A stretch of DNA of 64,000 nt, taken from positions 9,241 to 73,240 of IMG/VR virus record IMGVR_UViG_3300021411_000006; one strand, 5' to 3'. The notes beneath the pieces are model-generated. The model did no database searches and was not told the DNA's origin. It was given only the letters and a program-made list of their open reading frames with translations. Every line of letters begins with the position of its first letter. Position 1 is the stretch's first letter. This stretch comes from a virus (Duplodnaviria; Caudoviricetes). A program made the translations under genes and the position numbers. Shown here one piece after another: positions 1 through 10,953 of the stretch.

Positions 1-652
1 GTTAAACCAGCCAGTACAAATTTCTATGGAAGGAGATATTCACACAATAAAGTCTTTCCTGGAAAAACGCACAGGTAAAAGAAAAGGCGGCGGCCAACAA
101 CTTGTAAATCCGGAGACGGCTATAGTTAGCGTCAATGAACAAAAAATGACTATACTGCTTGCGCTCAACCCTGAAGATGTTAATGGAGCAGAGATATCGG
201 GTAAGCTTGAAGTTGCACCGGAGTTGTCACAGTTTTATATCAACACAACTAAACAGTTCACCAGGGAAGAGCTTATCCGCTTGTTCCGTTTTAGTAAGCG
301 GTTTTTTGATTCTGCCGAGAACCACGAAAAAATAATGATCGCTTACCAGAAGCTCAATCTTTCTACCACCTCTGAGCTAAAGAAAGATACCGACACCCGT
401 GGCAATAAAGATCTCTCTTTTAAAAAGAATATTACCAGCGATATCCCGGAAGACTTTATCCTGAACCTGCCGGTTTTTAAGGGTGAAGATAAAGAGCGGT
501 TCCGCGTGGAGATCTGTATGGACGCTACAGATACTTCGGTAAGGTTCTGGTTTGAAAGCGTGGAGCTGGTTGAAAGGATGGAGCTTAGGCGCGATGAAAT
601 ATTTGCCGAAGAACTGGAGTCCTGCAAAGACCTGGTAGTGATCTATACCTAG
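1..652 (+). CDS. DUF2303/YfdQ-like phage protein, 5'-truncated by the window edge
   Basis: Frame is open from base 2 into ORF 26..652; the C-terminal IPEDFILNLPVFKG...VRFWFES pattern recalls DUF2303 (from memory). Confidence 0.5.
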   Translation, partial: LNQPVQISMEGDIHTIKSFLEKRTGKRKGGGQQLVNPETAIVSVNEQKMTILLALNPEDVNGAEISGKLEVAPELSQFYINTTKQFTREELIRLFRFSKRFFDSAENHEKIMIAYQKLNLSTTSELKKDTDTRGNKDLSFKKNITSDIPEDFILNLPVFKGEDKERFRVEICMDATDTSVRFWFESVELVERMELRRDEIFAEELESCKDLVVIYT

Positions 653-679
653 TTTATTAACCCCTTAAAATAAAAAACC

Positions 680-943
680 ATGTCTGTTATCGTAAGAATG
701 AAAGTCGAAAAAAAGAGTTTCCAAAAACACTACTCTTTAAAAGAAGACGGTGTAACGCCAAACATCCAAACGGAGATCCTGTTATCCGTCCCGTATTGTA
801 ATGATAAGAATGACCCGAACTATGTTTACGCGCAGCTGAGTAGCGGATCGCACTTCCCGCTAACTACCATAAACCAGGATGCCGCGGACCAGTTTAAGTT
901 AGGCGAAGTGTACGAGATTGTTATTACCAAAGTCGGCGCATAA
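680..943 (+). CDS. Small conserved phage hypothetical protein (87 aa)
   Basis: A-rich translation start; ends TINQDAADQFKLGEVYEIVIT, a common small phage protein pattern. Confidence 0.6.
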   Translation: MSVIVRMKVEKKSFQKHYSLKEDGVTPNIQTEILLSVPYCNDKNDPNYVYAQLSSGSHFPLTTINQDAADQFKLGEVYEIVITKVGA

Positions 944-1169
944 ATTTTGTATTCTCAATTTTCATCCTCTCCCCGGCTGGTTTCTACCAGCTGGGTTTTA
1001 AATCCGTTCAATTACCCTACAATGAAAGCGCTAATAGCGAAGTACAAAAAGTATCACGAAGCTGGGTACGGTAAGGAACAGGTGAGAGAAATGCTCACCC
1101 ACGAAAACTTGTCCATAATCCAACAGCTTTTTATACTGGAGACCGTGTTCCAAAAGAAAAAAACATCCA

Positions 1170-1940
1170 ATGGCAAGGCCAGCTAAAAATTACTGCGAAT
1201 ATTTTTCCCATGACAGCGGGATGAGAAACCACCGGAAAATTAAATCCCTCCGGGTAAAGTTTGGGATTTCGGGGTATGCAATTTACTGCATGCTGCTGGA
1301 GCATCTTACCGGCAGCGAAGGCAACCATTTCCATAATAGCGATATTGAGTACGAGCTATTAAGCGGCGACTTCGGTATTTCTGCTACAGAAATACGGGAG
1401 GTGGTCGATTACTGTGTCAGCCTGCTGCTATTATACCGTGACAACGGTACAATAAATTCTCCAGGGCTTGACGAAAGACTACAGCCGGTGTATGAAAAGC
1501 GCCAGGCAAGTAAGGCGATCAGTAAGAGTCTTCCCCGTGTTAACGGTCGTTTCTGTAACAGAAACTCCGCGAGTACGGAAGTTACTGTTACAGAAATACC
1601 GCAAAGTAAAGTAAAGGAAAGTAAATTAAATTATAAGAGAGAGAGCGCCGGTGAAAATGATGACTCTATCGAGATGGCCAGGGTCGCCAGAGTACTCGAT
1701 CAGCAAGATGGCGCTACAACCATCTTCACAATCGAACACTGCCTCACTGTGGCGATGAAGGACGAAAGGTGGATGAAAGCCAACCAGGCGACAGAAGCCG
1801 ACCTACAGCGCTTTAATTCGCACCTGGAGAAGCAGGCGCTTTTTCATAAAAATCCGGCAGAGTATAAAAAGCATTTTGGTAACTGGCGCTCAAAAGAAGC
1901 GCCGGAAACTGTACCGATAAAAAAGAAGATGGTGTTATGA
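1170..1940 (+). CDS. Replication initiator, DUF4373/Lin1244-type N-terminus
   Basis: YFSHDSGMRNHRKIKSLRVKFGISGYAIYCMLLEHL N-terminus; overlaps the primase-helicase start by ATGA. Confidence 0.8.
   Translation: MARPAKNYCEYFSHDSGMRNHRKIKSLRVKFGISGYAIYCMLLEHLTGSEGNHFHNSDIEYELLSGDFGISATEIREVVDYCVSLLLLYRDNGTINSPGLDERLQPVYEKRQASKAISKSLPRVNGRFCNRNSASTEVTVTEIPQSKVKESKLNYKRESAGENDDSIEMARVARVLDQQDGATTIFTIEHCLTVAMKDERWMKANQATEADLQRFNSHLEKQALFHKNPAEYKKHFGNWRSKEAPETVPIKKKMVL
1375..1599. repeat. Three palindromic TTTCTG-nnA-CAGAAA motifs inside the initiator gene (iteron-like, candidate origin)
   Basis: GTATTTCTG-CTA-CAGAAATAC 1375-1395; GTTTCTG-TAA-CAGAAAC 1549-1565; degenerate GTTACTG-TTA-CAGAAATAC 1581-1599. 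Confidence 0.55.
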
Positions 1941-3622
1941 GTAACGGCGTTTTTAACTGGGAGAAACACGGGATCGATATCTCCAGGGTCCGTGGTGGCA
2001 AAATGCAGTGCCCAAAATGTAGCTCTACCAGGAAGGATAAAAGAGATCCCTGCCTATCCGTCGATAAAGACAAAGGCGTTTTTAACTGCCATAACTGTGG
2101 GTTCCACGGCACTGCTTACGAGTACCCTAAAAAAAGGGAGTATATAAAACCGCTCCCCAGGCTGGAGAAGGTCAGTAAAAAAACAATCGACTTTTTTGAG
2201 GGCCGCGGGATCTCTAATAACACCCTACTCAGGTTTAAGATCACAGAAGCCCGTGAATGGATGCCGCCGCCCATCGATACGGAGTGTCAGGTTATTTGTT
2301 TCAACTACTACCGCGGGCAGGAGCTAGTAAATATAAAGTTCCGGGGACCACAGAAGACTTTTAAGATGTCAAAAGACTCTGAGCTGATCGTTTATAACAT
2401 AAACGATATCGCTGGAGAGGCAGAAGCTATTTTCGTGGAAGGTGAGATGGATTGCCTGTCATGGCACGAGGCTGGTATTTTTAATTCCGTATCCGTTCCC
2501 AACGGAGCTAGCAAGGGTAATCAAAGACTGGAGTACCTGGATAATTGCTGGAAAGCTTTTGAGGGAATTAAAAAAATTATCCTAGCCACCGATAACGACG
2601 AAGCTGGCCTGGCTCTCCGGGAAGAGCTTGCCCGTCGTTTGGGCAAAGAACGCTGCTGGCAGGTGATATACCCTGAAGGATGTAAGGACACCAACGAGGT
2701 CCTGATGAAGTATGGCAAAGAGTCCGTAGCTGCGATGAGAACCAACGCTACACCCTGGCCGATTGAGGGGATCGCATCGATGGACGAGATGTTTGAAACT
2801 ATCGGCGACTTTTATATCAACGGATATCCGAAAGGATCAAAAGCGGGTATAACAAGTACGAGCCCCGGAAGAGGATTTGACGATCACTTATCTTTCCTGC
2901 CTGGCCAGCTCACCATTATTACCGGCATTCCTGGAAGTGGCAAGGATGAGTTTGCTAACTGGCTTATGGCGCGCCTGGCAATGTTGGCCAGCTGGAGCTG
3001 GGGAGTTATTCAGTTTGAGGAGCCCAATGAATTTACTGTTACCAAGTTGATGGAAAAAATGACGGATAAGAGTTTTGATTTTCGGAAGGATGAGAGTCAC
3101 CGGATAAACCTAACCGACTTCGACCGCAGTATTGCCCTGGTCGATAAATATTTTCACTTTGTAAAGACCGACGAGGTAGATGTAACGGTCGACGGGCTGA
3201 TAGAAAAGATTGAGCAGATGGTACGACGCTTTGGAATAAACGGGGTACTTATAAACCCCTGGAACTACCTGGAGCATAAAAAGAAAGACGGCCAATCCGA
3301 AACAGAGTACGTCAGCGAAAGCCTGACGAAGATTATTTCCTGTCTAAAAAGGAATAACCTGCACGGGTTCCTAATGGCACACCCGACGAAAATAAAAAAA
3401 GATGATAAAACTGGTAAGTATAAGATAGCAACCTTATATGACTGCTCCGGGTCAGCGCATTTTTTTAACAAGACGCATAACGGTATTAGTGTTTATCGTG
3501 ATTTTGAAACTAATCTGGTGGACGTATATATACAAAAAGTAAAGCATAGCTGGCTAGGTAAGCTTGGTTTCTGCACGTTCCACTTTGATCCGTTCACCCG
3601 CAAGTACACCCCAGCAGCGTAG
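1937..3622 (+). CDS. Bifunctional DNA primase-helicase (Zn finger + Toprim + DnaB/RecA fold)
   Basis: CPKC...CHNC Zn finger; Toprim VEGEMD and ATDND; Walker A TGIPGSGKD; helicase motifs INPWN and AHPTK. Confidence 0.92.
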   Translation: MSNGVFNWEKHGIDISRVRGGKMQCPKCSSTRKDKRDPCLSVDKDKGVFNCHNCGFHGTAYEYPKKREYIKPLPRLEKVSKKTIDFFEGRGISNNTLLRFKITEAREWMPPPIDTECQVICFNYYRGQELVNIKFRGPQKTFKMSKDSELIVYNINDIAGEAEAIFVEGEMDCLSWHEAGIFNSVSVPNGASKGNQRLEYLDNCWKAFEGIKKIILATDNDEAGLALREELARRLGKERCWQVIYPEGCKDTNEVLMKYGKESVAAMRTNATPWPIEGIASMDEMFETIGDFYINGYPKGSKAGITSTSPGRGFDDHLSFLPGQLTIITGIPGSGKDEFANWLMARLAMLASWSWGVIQFEEPNEFTVTKLMEKMTDKSFDFRKDESHRINLTDFDRSIALVDKYFHFVKTDEVDVTVDGLIEKIEQMVRRFGINGVLINPWNYLEHKKKDGQSETEYVSESLTKIISCLKRNNLHGFLMAHPTKIKKDDKTGKYKIATLYDCSGSAHFFNKTHNGISVYRDFETNLVDVYIQKVKHSWLGKLGFCTFHFDPFTRKYTPAA

Positions 3623-3773
3623 TGTATCAAATAATAGTAGAGCAATAATTCTTAAAAACCAAAAAAATCGCTATTTTGCTCCTAATTATTTCCGAATATC
3701 CCCCAAACCGCCTTTTTAGCCACAGAGTAAACCACGGTCAGAATGCTTTTGAACCATTTTAATAGCAAAGCGA

Positions 3774-5809
3774 ATGATTTCAGGTAAACAAGTTGCAGCC
3801 ATGCTTTTGATCCGGCATACCCATGTCGGGCTTTTAAACCGCTCCCCGGACATGATAGTATATAAAGAAGAGGTAGTTATAGACCTTCTGACCAAGTTGG
3901 GACTCCCCGATCCGGATTTTGACTCGGTAACCCAGGAGGAAATAGACTGGGCCAACCGTTCGACCGGTCCAGGAGCGCGAATTTTTAGGGTAAGATCCCC
4001 CATGCAGCAGTTTAAGGAATTTATCCAAAAAGAGATTATCTTCCATTCGTCAAGACACACAGTCTCAGATGAGAACCGTGAAAAAAAATTAGGGATGGTC
4101 CATGTTTGTAAACAAATGGTCCGAGCGATAGATAATACTTATCTACCAATGGAGCGAAAATTTCTTGAAGATCACAATATGTTCCGAGCTTAGTAAGCTT
4201 GGGACTTTTTATTTAACCTAACAAAAAAACACTATCATGGGAACGACCGGAAAGCGTAAATACACTAGGAGCGGTAATTTTTCTAAAGCGAGTCATTCTA
4301 AAATGCACGGTGAACATGGGTCTCCGATTATTATGAATGGTAACACGCCGATGAAAAAAGATGCGAGAGAATTAAATCTACCGGTGGACACAATGCTTAT
4401 GCTGATAACGAACGCTGAAAAGGCTATCGCTAATAACGTTGTTTTAAAGGCCGCTATCCAGCCTGTTTGGGATGAGAAGAAAGGCTTTTTAGACTTAGCA
4501 AAGGCCGACTTTGATGAAGTTGATACAAAAGTTAAAGCTATTGACAAGGATAGTGAGGACCAGGAAAAAGTTATAAACGGGTTTAGGGATTTCCTGGGCA
4601 TTAAGAAAAAGAAAGTTGTTACGGGTACTACCATTTCGGATGAGAAGAAAGATAAAAAACAACGTAAGGCAGCTGGGAAAAGAGTTGATTGGCTGGCATC
4701 GTTTACAGAGACCCTGGAGGTAGCTGATAAGTTTTTAACCTTTGAGGAAATGTTTCGCAGACGGCTTGCTGATAAAGTTTGGGTAGAAGAAAGCGGAAAG
4801 ACCGAGGCTCGTTTATGGGCATTAAAAACCGCGGTAGAGATCAATATGCACACCCATGCTGACCGCTTTGGTAAAAACACATCGGGTAACTGGAAACAGT
4901 ACCTGGTGGTTTATAACGGGAAGTTCGGCCTTGCTGAGTGGGTAGACAAGAAAGGAAATTTAATAAACCCCAAACACCTAAAGGAGGTCATGGGCGTATA
5001 CACCAAGAAGGCGGAAGTAGCAAACTAAAAATCTATTATATGGACATTCAAGATCAAGTATGTACTTTGGAACAAGCACTACGCTTGAAGTGCTTAGGAG
5101 TCGTACAGGAAAGCCTGTTTTACCACAGGCCGTTACAGGGACCGGGTAACTCAAAACTGTGGCAAGTCTTTTATAAAAACGAGTTGCCGATACAGGGGAA
5201 GGATCTGGCTGCTGAATGCCTCTCCGCTTTTACTCTCGCCGAGATTGGTAAAGCCCTTGACTGGGAGAAGGTCACTACCTCCCCTCCATACAAGAAGGAG
5301 CGCGAGTGGCGAATGTTTACTAATGGTGACGATAAGGAGCTACACGATTATAATGAAGTAGTCGCCAGAGCAGAGGCGCTGATCTATCAGCTGGAGAAGA
5401 GCCATACCACGCCAGCGGAAGTAAATAATAGGTTAACGCCTTTCTGTATATTAAAGACAACCGGTTGAGCGATATTGTCACAACGCACGATCTGGCTTTT
5501 GAGATAGCGAAGTGGTTGCCGCTGGGGAAAGCGAACCCGATTAGCGATGGATTTTTGCGCTTCCGGGTCGGCACGGTTACCGGGGTTTGGACAGCGACTC
5601 ACGACGCTTACGAGATACTGGGTATCACAAACGAGATGTCTGGTAATGGTCATCTGGACGATGTTTTTGAATGGTTTGAATTTTCATGTAAGCGGGATAA
5701 TAAAAAATTACGGGTGCTGGAGACGACAAATAAACGGTTCCGCCACCACCTTATAGATAAGCGGGGCTTTGTCGAAGACGGCCCGGACAATGTAGTGAAG
5801 ACCTTTTAA
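3774..5809 (+). other. Four accessory CDS: 3774-4193, 4237-5028 (very Lys-rich), 5040-5468, 5465-5809
   Basis: Contiguous same-strand ORFs; 5040-5468 starts DQVCTLEQALRLKCLGVVQESLFY, a recurrent Bacteroidota phage N-terminus. Confidence 0.6.
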
Positions 5810-5811
5810 CT

Positions 5812-6246
5812 TTGCAGGTACTCGACCCGGTTTATACACTGTATAACCCGATGAAACGTTACACTGTACCACCCCCTAAAGAAAACGATGTCAGGAAAAG
5901 TATCGCGACCTATGTAAAGCTCCAGTACCCGAGAGTTATTTTTAGAATTGATTTTGCAGCGGGGATAAACTTAGGGACGCTTGCCGGGATACACAGCGGC
6001 TTACAATCCGGATCTGGATATCCCGATATGTTTGTCGCCGAGGCGCGACATGGGCATCATGGGTTATTCCTGGAGATCAAAAGAGATCGGGATTCGGTAT
6101 ATCGTAAGGATGGATCGCTGAGAGAAAATAAGCATGTCGCTGAACAGGCGGCAATACTAAAGCGCCTGAGCGACCTGGGATATAAAGCATTATTTGTTTG
6201 CGGGTTTGATGATGCACGAAAAGAACTTGATAAATATTTATTATGA
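5812..6246 (+). CDS. VRR-NUC (PD-(D/E)xK) nuclease, Holliday-junction-resolvase-like
   Basis: SGYPDMFV...LFLEIK motif and QAAILKRLSDLGYKALFVCGFDDA C-terminus. Confidence 0.85.
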   Translation: MQVLDPVYTLYNPMKRYTVPPPKENDVRKSIATYVKLQYPRVIFRIDFAAGINLGTLAGIHSGLQSGSGYPDMFVAEARHGHHGLFLEIKRDRDSVYRKDGSLRENKHVAEQAAILKRLSDLGYKALFVCGFDDARKELDKYLL

Positions 6247-6827
6247 GCTGGAATTATCGCATAGTTACAAAACTTGAACCTTCGCCACTGAAAGGAAAGC
6301 CACCAAGCAGGCTGTTTTCTATTGCGGAGGTTTATTATGCCGACGATAAAAGCACTAATGCTGATAGCTACGCGGACGGTAAAAATATACTGAGCAACTG
6401 GGAGACCATTGATGAGTTAAAATGGACAGCGGAGAAAGTATTGCTTGCTTTCGAGAAACCGATACTTGATTTAGATAACTGGCCAAACGAGTATAAGGAA
6501 GATGATAAATAATTTATTATGAAAGGAATGATAATAGCAGTCAGCGAAGAAGAGCTTAACACAATGCTGGAGAATAACGATCCAACTTTAATACAGCGCG
6601 GCTCCAGGGTAGAGAAAATAGACGAAGATCCTGGAGGCGATGTTACTCCGTTGGGCACGAGAGGCACAGTGCTAGGCGGTAAACGTATTTCAGATACGGA
6701 TCACATGATAGGAAAGGTCCCCGAAAAGTTTAAGGACGCGAAAGCTATTTATATAATTCGGTGGGATGGATCTGCTTTCCCTATGACAGCATCGATGGAT
6801 ATGAAAATAAAGGAAGTTAATGAGTGA
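6243..6827 (+). other. Two small hypothetical CDS (6243-6512, 6519-6827)
   Basis: Tightly packed ORFs; the first starts MSWNYRIV, a common phage N-terminus. Confidence 0.6.
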
Positions 6828-7444
6828 AGCAAAAATTATATGCTGTCCTGTTTGCAAAAAGAATATGAAGCCGGTAACGGTTTTCGGGTCAAAAGACGAT
6901 CCGACAGAAGCACTCCCTCAAATGGTAGTGCTTTGTTATGAATGTGCCGCCGTGCTGTTTTACGATGATGACTTATCGGTAATGGCTGTTACTCCGCAGA
7001 TGATGAAAATGTGGGAAGAGGAAGAGCCTGGAGTTTCAAAAGCGATAAATTTTACCCAGTATCTTTTAAAGGGTATGTCAGTAGCCAGAGGGATAAGAAC
7101 GAAGAAAAAAGATTTTTTAAATAACCCGGCAAATAAAAACTGAATTAATGGGGAAAGAGAAAGCAACGTGCCCTATCTGTGGTAAAGTAAGCTCACTTGT
7201 AAAAGGAGTGCCTATGGGAAACCCTGGGAAGCCAAGAACAGGGGAGCTTTTTGTTTGCTGTTTTTGTGCGGATCTTTCAATCTTTGACGGCAACCTGAAA
7301 TTACAGCTGGCGACACCAGAGGATTATGAAAGACTGGAAAAGAGGGCTCCAGGGTTTAAAAAGAAGCTAGAAAAAGTTCAGTGGCATATAAAGGAAATTA
7401 ATAAGCTAGATAATGAACAAGAGCGGTTAAAAATAAATAATTGA
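6820..7444 (+). other. Tandem pair of related Zn-ribbon proteins (6820-7143, 7148-7444)
   Basis: Both have CPxC followed by CxxC...(F/Y)D(D/G)xL: CYECAAVLFYDDDL and CCFCADLSIFDGNL. Confidence 0.6.
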
Positions 7445-7770
7445 GCCACTATACAAACATATCAACCGAGCCTGTCGCCTACCTGAACGACCACCCGGTA
7501 AAGCCCTGCATGAAGAGCGGATTTTGCTGCACAGTAGCACCCTGTGGGTTTGGTGAATGGAATGAAGACAGGTCCGCCTGTAAGCACCTGTTACCCGCAA
7601 ACGATATTGGTCAGCGGGATTGTGGTCGCTACGACTGGATAAAGGCTAATGTTCCTGACTATGATATATACCCAGGGTTCGGCACTGGCTGTTGTATGCC
7701 GATGTTCAACGTGATGAGAAACAATATTATTAAGACCATAAAAGAAAAGAATGTCACAAACGACAGTTGA
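7441..7770 (+). CDS. Cys-rich protein, YkgJ-like Zn/Fe-cluster candidate
   Basis: PCMKSGFCCTVAPC...ACKHL...CGRYD...GCC. Confidence 0.5.
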   Translation: MSHYTNISTEPVAYLNDHPVKPCMKSGFCCTVAPCGFGEWNEDRSACKHLLPANDIGQRDCGRYDWIKANVPDYDIYPGFGTGCCMPMFNVMRNNIIKTIKEKNVTNDS

Positions 7771-8416
7771 AATACAAAAATGTGATCTCAGCAACATTAT
7801 TGCCGGGATCTATACTGACAATGTTTTACAGGTCCGGGATGCCGCTTTTTACGATCAGTTCACCCGTAATGAAATCATGTATTTAATGCTGATAAAAGCG
7901 GTTTATGTCATTCCTACAACGGAGCTGATCGACTGGCTTAGGGATAATATTATCGGAACGGCTATAGAGATCGGTGCCGGGCACGGTGCTATAGGCCGGG
8001 CTTTGGGCATACCGATTACGGATAGCTACATGCAGGCACTGCCAGAAATCCAAGTGCAGTATAAAATGATCGGCCAGGAACCGATTACCTACCTACCTGA
8101 TGTCGAGAAGCTGGAGGCCCTGGAAGCCGTGGAGAAGTATAAGCCGCAAACCGTAATCGGCGCTTTTATTACGCATAGATGGTTACCGGGAATGAACAAC
8201 GGGAATATGTACGGTCCTAATGAAGAGTTAATGATGACCAAGATTAGGCGATATATCAATATCGGTAACCTGGTTACACACAAGGCAAAGCCGCTTTTAG
8301 ATGTACCACACCAGCAGTATCATCCCTCGTGGCTTATTACGAGGGCTATCCACCAAGAGTATAACCGTATTTTTATATTTGAAAACGAACACTATGACGC
8401 AACCTACCAAGATTGA
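7751..8416 (+). CDS. Class I SAM-dependent methyltransferase-like protein
   Basis: Motif I-like AIEIGAGHGAIGRAL. Confidence 0.55.
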   Translation: MSQTTVEIQKCDLSNIIAGIYTDNVLQVRDAAFYDQFTRNEIMYLMLIKAVYVIPTTELIDWLRDNIIGTAIEIGAGHGAIGRALGIPITDSYMQALPEIQVQYKMIGQEPITYLPDVEKLEALEAVEKYKPQTVIGAFITHRWLPGMNNGNMYGPNEELMMTKIRRYINIGNLVTHKAKPLLDVPHQQYHPSWLITRAIHQEYNRIFIFENEHYDATYQD

Positions 8417-8684
8417 TTTTATAAACACCCTCCACCTGCTACGAGTATTAACGAATGAGCGATGCCAAAAGGTCCTACAGATGATATCCGCAAAGCCGAT
8501 GACTGTTACAGAGTTAACAATAAGTATGCGCCTGGATCAATCCGTAGTCTCTCAGTATCTTGCCAGGATGAGAAAGGTAAAACTCGTAAGCACCCGTAGA
8601 GCCGGTAAGAATATTTATTATTCATCTGATAAAGAGGAAGTACCCCGCATTCACAAGTATTGTCTTGATATTTTAAATAAGTAG
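8394..8684 (+). CDS. ArsR/SmtB-family winged-helix regulator (likely ATG at 8394)
   Basis: LRVLTNERCQKVL...MTVTEL...QSVVSQYLARMRKVKLVSTRRAGKNIYY. Confidence 0.85.
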   Translation: MTQPTKIDFINTLHLLRVLTNERCQKVLQMISAKPMTVTELTISMRLDQSVVSQYLARMRKVKLVSTRRAGKNIYYSSDKEEVPRIHKYCLDILNK

Positions 8685-8685
8685 T

Positions 8686-9226
8686 ATGGAAGACCCCAAA
8701 CCTGTGTTTTTTATAATGATCTTCGGCAAAGATCAGGAGCCGTTGATCGATCAATATTTAGTAGAGCTGCAAGACGAGGTTATATCCGTCGTAAAGGATG
8801 ATGGCTTACTCAGTGAGGGCAAAGGCGGCATGGACGTAATCCAGTACCGCATAAAATTCCGAACCTGTTTTGGGCCGTATTTGCTTGGACACAAACAAGG
8901 TTCAGCGAGTGCAGAAAAACTCTTTAATATACTTGCAAATAATACACCGAATGGCAAACGAACAAAATAATACGAAAGTAGACGCTGCGACATTTATCGT
9001 GCAAAAACTGACCAAGCTACAAGACGCTTCTAGGGGTAAAGAACCGTACCCGGAATTTCACCAGGATCTTGGACATCTTGGCTTTGTTATGGGTAATGTT
9101 TTTAGAAAGGCAGAGTTACTCCGCGAGGCCATTGAGCTGATGAGAAGAATTACAACAGACACCAACCCGGTTCAGGTAATGGAGACATATAATAAAGTCA
9201 GCAGCTTTGTCGCTGAACACGGCTAA
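8686..9226 (+). other. Two hypothetical CDS (8686-8970, 8951-9226)
   Basis: Same-strand overlapping ORFs that end the rightward block. Confidence 0.5.
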
Positions 9227-9483
9227 CCAAACAGGCTGAACTTGGCCCGCAGATCTTCCGTAACATCTTCCCGAGTCGCAAACCGCAGTATCTTATATGG
9301 TACACCGCTTTTGGAAGTGATTTCATCCGCCAGCTTTATATAGTCCCGGATTCGCTTCTCATCCGCGGCAACTAGCGGCATCCAGGTGTCACCAAGAAGG
9401 GCACCGATTACCCCTTCATCCCCGTCTTTTGGGTCAATAGCGACAAAGGCAAATACCTCTTTAATTATAAACGGTCCTGGCAT
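9223..9483 (-). CDS. Small hypothetical protein coupled to the integrase
   Basis: TGATG overlap with the integrase stop at 9483. Confidence 0.65.
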   Translation of the reverse strand: MPGPFIIKEVFAFVAIDPKDGDEGVIGALLGDTWMPLVAADEKRIRDYIKLADEITSKSGVPYKILRFATREDVTEDLRAKFSLFG

Positions 9484-10694
9484 CACGATACTTTTGATTG
9501 TTGAAAGAATGGCAAATTTTGAGCGAAGTCGGCAGCGTCTTCCGGGGTGACCTTATTATACTTGGCCAGGGTGCCCGCCACTTTGATCCCGGTCAGCTTC
9601 ATAACGATGGCATCGGCTACCCCGTTTTTCAGCAGGTTGGTAATAAAGCTCCGGCGCGCGGTATGGTTGGTAATCATCTCCCACTTTTGTTTGTCTGTAT
9701 GGACCTTCTTGCCGCCTTTAGTAATACTGTGTATAATCCGTTTGGTGAGGCCAGCGTTTTTGGCGACTACCTTTATCTCCCGGTTAATTTCAGTGTCGGT
9801 GATCTTTGGCGGGAACCCGGCGTACTGTGCAAGAATCTCTTTTACTAGTGGATGAGCTGGGATAACGGCTTTTGTTTTAGTCTTCTTGCTGACAATAGTA
9901 ATACGCTCTTCGTCGTAATGTTTGCTCGCCAGTACCAGCAGATCGCTTACGCGGAGACCGGTATAGCAATCCAGAATAAACCAGTCTCTCGCGACTGCTT
10001 CCCGAGGGGTCGCCTTTTGCATGCGGAGCAGTTTTATTTCCATCTCCGACAGCGCGATGGTTGTCGCCTCTTCAGTAAGCCGCTTAAATTCCTTTGGTAA
10101 AGAAAGGCCGCAATGGTGGCAAAGGGTCTTCCAGTTCTTAATGATAGATCCGATATAGTTGGTCGAAAGCTTTTTGGCCTGGCACCAGAGGATAAATTTT
10201 TTGTAGCTGTCCATGTTCACATCCTGAAGGCGCATTTTTGGCATAAACTCTTCCAGCACCGTTACCTGGAATTTGATACCGCGGATTGTACCAGGAGAAT
10301 ACCTTTCTTCTTTTGGGGTTAATACAATTCCTGCCGTCATTCCTTGTACGATAGTGCGCCAGCGATCAAACAAGTTTTCTCTCTTTTGTTCCCCAGTCGG
10401 TTCGTTTTTTTTTTCAAATAAACGATCCAGCATCTCTTTAAGCCCAGCTTTTGTAACCTCTTGGTCGGAGGTAGCACATTTATCGGCATAAGCGTCGACG
10501 GCCTTAATAACTTTATTCACCCGGCTATTTACGCCCTGTTTGTTACTAACCTGATCCTTTTTATTCCAGTCTACTGGACGTATGGATATATCGGTATAAT
10601 ATTTTAACTTTCCGTCAATGCACTGGAATAGCAACCATATAGAAGTCTCTGTAGTCGCATCGGGCCTTTTAAGGAAGAAAGATACTTTTGCCAT
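9483..10694 (-). CDS. int: Tyrosine integrase (likely start ATG 10694, 403 aa)
   Basis: Catalytic R in YTGLRVSDL, HxxR in HTARRSF, Y in LAKYNKV; arm-binding-like N-terminus MAKVSFFLKRP. Confidence 0.95.
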   Translation of the reverse strand: MAKVSFFLKRPDATTETSIWLLFQCIDGKLKYYTDISIRPVDWNKKDQVSNKQGVNSRVNKVIKAVDAYADKCATSDQEVTKAGLKEMLDRLFEKKNEPTGEQKRENLFDRWRTIVQGMTAGIVLTPKEERYSPGTIRGIKFQVTVLEEFMPKMRLQDVNMDSYKKFILWCQAKKLSTNYIGSIIKNWKTLCHHCGLSLPKEFKRLTEEATTIALSEMEIKLLRMQKATPREAVARDWFILDCYTGLRVSDLLVLASKHYDEERITIVSKKTKTKAVIPAHPLVKEILAQYAGFPPKITDTEINREIKVVAKNAGLTKRIIHSITKGGKKVHTDKQKWEMITNHTARRSFITNLLKNGVADAIVMKLTGIKVAGTLAKYNKVTPEDAADFAQNLPFFQQSKVS

Positions 10695-10875
10695 AGTGGG
10701 TAATTTAAAGTGTTTCGTTTGGGGTAACTGCTGGGGTAACAAATATAGTCGACATTTCTGTATAAAAATCGCTTCTACGTTGATTTATTTTTGTTTAAAA
10801 GGCTTTGCTGTGGTAGGTTTCGGGCAATAAAAGCGACGAGAAAGCAACTAATTAAAGGTGGACATTAGCGCTATT

Positions 10876-10909
10876 CCATTAAGCTCAAGATGATCCAATC
10901 CGGGCTACT
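10876..10909 (+). ncRNA. Fragment resembling the 3' end of Bacteroidota 6S RNA (6S-Flavo-like); candidate att core
   Basis: CCATTAAGCTCAAGATGATCCAATCCGGGCTACT resembles my recollection of 6S-Flavo 3' ends; no 5' half is present; a strong hairpin follows. Confidence 0.45.
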
Positions 10910-10912
10910 TAG

Positions 10913-10953
10913 CAGAAGCGTATGTAACTGATTTACATACGCTTCTGTCTTTT
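10913..10953 (+). terminator. 15-bp perfect hairpin followed by TCTTTT
   Basis: CAGAAGCGTATGTAA-CTGAT-TTACATACGCTTCTG. Confidence 0.75.

Noticed and set aside
10695-10742. N-terminal extension of the integrase (MLPQQLPQ...)
   Set aside because: It runs over the arm-type repeats; ATG 10694 gives a typical integrase start.
10876-10909. tRNA 3' end as the att core
   Set aside because: No GTTCRA T-loop or CCA end; a non-tRNA target is more likely.
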